DNA of 64,000 nt from Octopus sinensis. Its lineage: Eukaryota. A model generated the notes under the pieces. That model was not told the origin of the DNA. It was given only the letters and a program-made list of their open reading frames with translations, and made no database searches. The position numbers and the translations under genes were made by a program. The stretch spans positions 27,280,001 through 27,344,000 of the forward strand of contig NC_043017.1 of the NCBI RefSeq assembly GCF_006345805.1. Reading direction: 5' to 3'. Below, piece after piece: positions 62,640 through 64,000 of this stretch (its first letter is position 1; each line of letters opens with the position of its first letter).

Positions 62640-62850
62640 ACTCTTTTACTCTTTACTCTTTTACTTGTTTCAGTCATTTGACTGCGGCCATGCTGGAGTA
62701 CCGTCTTTAGTCGAGCAAATCGACCCCGGGACTTATTCTTTGTACGCCCAGTACTTATTCTATCGGTCCCTTTTGCCGAACCGCTAAGTGACGGGGACGT
62801 AAACACACCAGCATCGGTTGTCAAGCAATGCTCGGGGGACAAACACACAC

Positions 62851-62887
<37 letters not shown>

Positions 62888-63072
62888 CATACATATACAT
62901 ACATATATACGACAGGCTTCTTTCAGTTTCCGTCTACCAAATCCACCCACAAGGCATTGGTCAGCCCGGGGCTATAGCAGAAGACACTTGCCCAAGATGC
63001 CACGCAGTGGGACTGAACCCGAAACCATGTGGTTGGTTAGCAAGCTACTTACCACACAGCCACTCCTGCGCC
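62640..63072 (-). mobile_element. SINE-B
   Basis: Full-length consensus match. Confidence 0.92.
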
Positions 63073-64000
63073 TCGTCATTTACTGCTCAGATTTGTAATT
63101 CTGAATTCAGCATTGCGAAATTCTTCTACGTGTTCTAGCTTGTTGGTTTCAGTGATCGATTATGAAAATATCCCAGCAGGAATGGATATAACAACAACAG
63201 TTTTGGGATACTAATACTTCCATTGTCAAATATTCGCTTTTTGAAATGGAGCTGGTGGTCTCCTTTCATCTCTAGTTATTTAAAATGTCTTCAATATGTA
63301 TTGAATTATTAAGAGTGGCGGAATTAAAGAATGGGTACGTGGTTAGACATTGAGTGTTGCAGAGTTTACTTCAGTTCTTTGTTTTAATTTCAGTTGTTAC
63401 TGACCTAGCTTTCTCTCAACTTATCGGTGTTCTGGGATTAGTAACGTAAAATGTCAATATTTGTATTATCATTGCTATTGCTTCTTGCACCACATCGAAG
63501 AAGTATTTGAATATGAAATGATATAATAACAAAATGAAGAGCAACAACATGCAGGCCGCAAATTCTTCCACCTATTTACCAATTCTGCCAATCCAATAAT
63601 ATTGTTTTCTTCCTATAGGCAAAAATCTATAGATTTACCGAGTGAGAATACTTATTTATCTCGGCAAACATTATTTCAATAATTTCACATATTATTGAAC
63701 ACAGGAGGGTGAGAGGCGAAGACAAATACAGCAACATTTGAACTCAGATCAGGGAAAGAAAACGAAAATAAAATCAACTAAATGTTGTAAGACGTTGTTT
63801 CCCGACACTCTACCTATTCTTCAGATTCACTCCCCTTACTAATTCAATAAATATTCATGCTATTTTATCTAGCCAGAAATCAAAACAGACAGACGTCTTG
63901 CGAAGGATACATATGTAGAAAAATGTTGGCATTCTGATAAGGAATATGAAAATTAAAATATGGATATATTCCATAGCATGAAATAGAATTGTCTGAGAAT

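Overview
AT-rich animal DNA saturated with microsatellites and transposons, with no prokaryotic features and no confidently identifiable host gene. The tRNA-headed SINE set, RTE/Tx1/Penelope remnants and (TA)n/(ATAC)n load resemble octopus (cephalopod) intronic or intergenic DNA; this is inference from recalled repeat families, not a database search. Nearly all long ORFs in the supplied track are translations of microsatellites. Recognisable content: about 50 SINE copies or fragments in 4-5 families (my labels SINE-A, B, C, E); a complete decayed mariner (37998-39282, D,D34D) and an internally deleted second mariner; three non-autonomous Helitrons (one tandem pair); RTE, BovB-like, Tx1 and Penelope remnants; and a MITE pair. 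Three observations stand out. (1) A non-coding, (TA)n-embedded element of 1.2 units with 120-bp terminal direct repeats, a fold-back end and a candidate minimal hammerhead ribozyme (58777-59486); related hairpin-ended or ribozyme-like elements lie at 11018-13190. (2) SINE-A recurrently forms head+body+body arrays with a 184-bp period, enclosed by a single TSD and joined at its own GGTA motif. (3) Two tandem copies of an apparently ORF1-only, Tx1-like element share their 3' tail with SINE-A. Coordinates of degenerate repeats are approximate, and identities were judged by eye.
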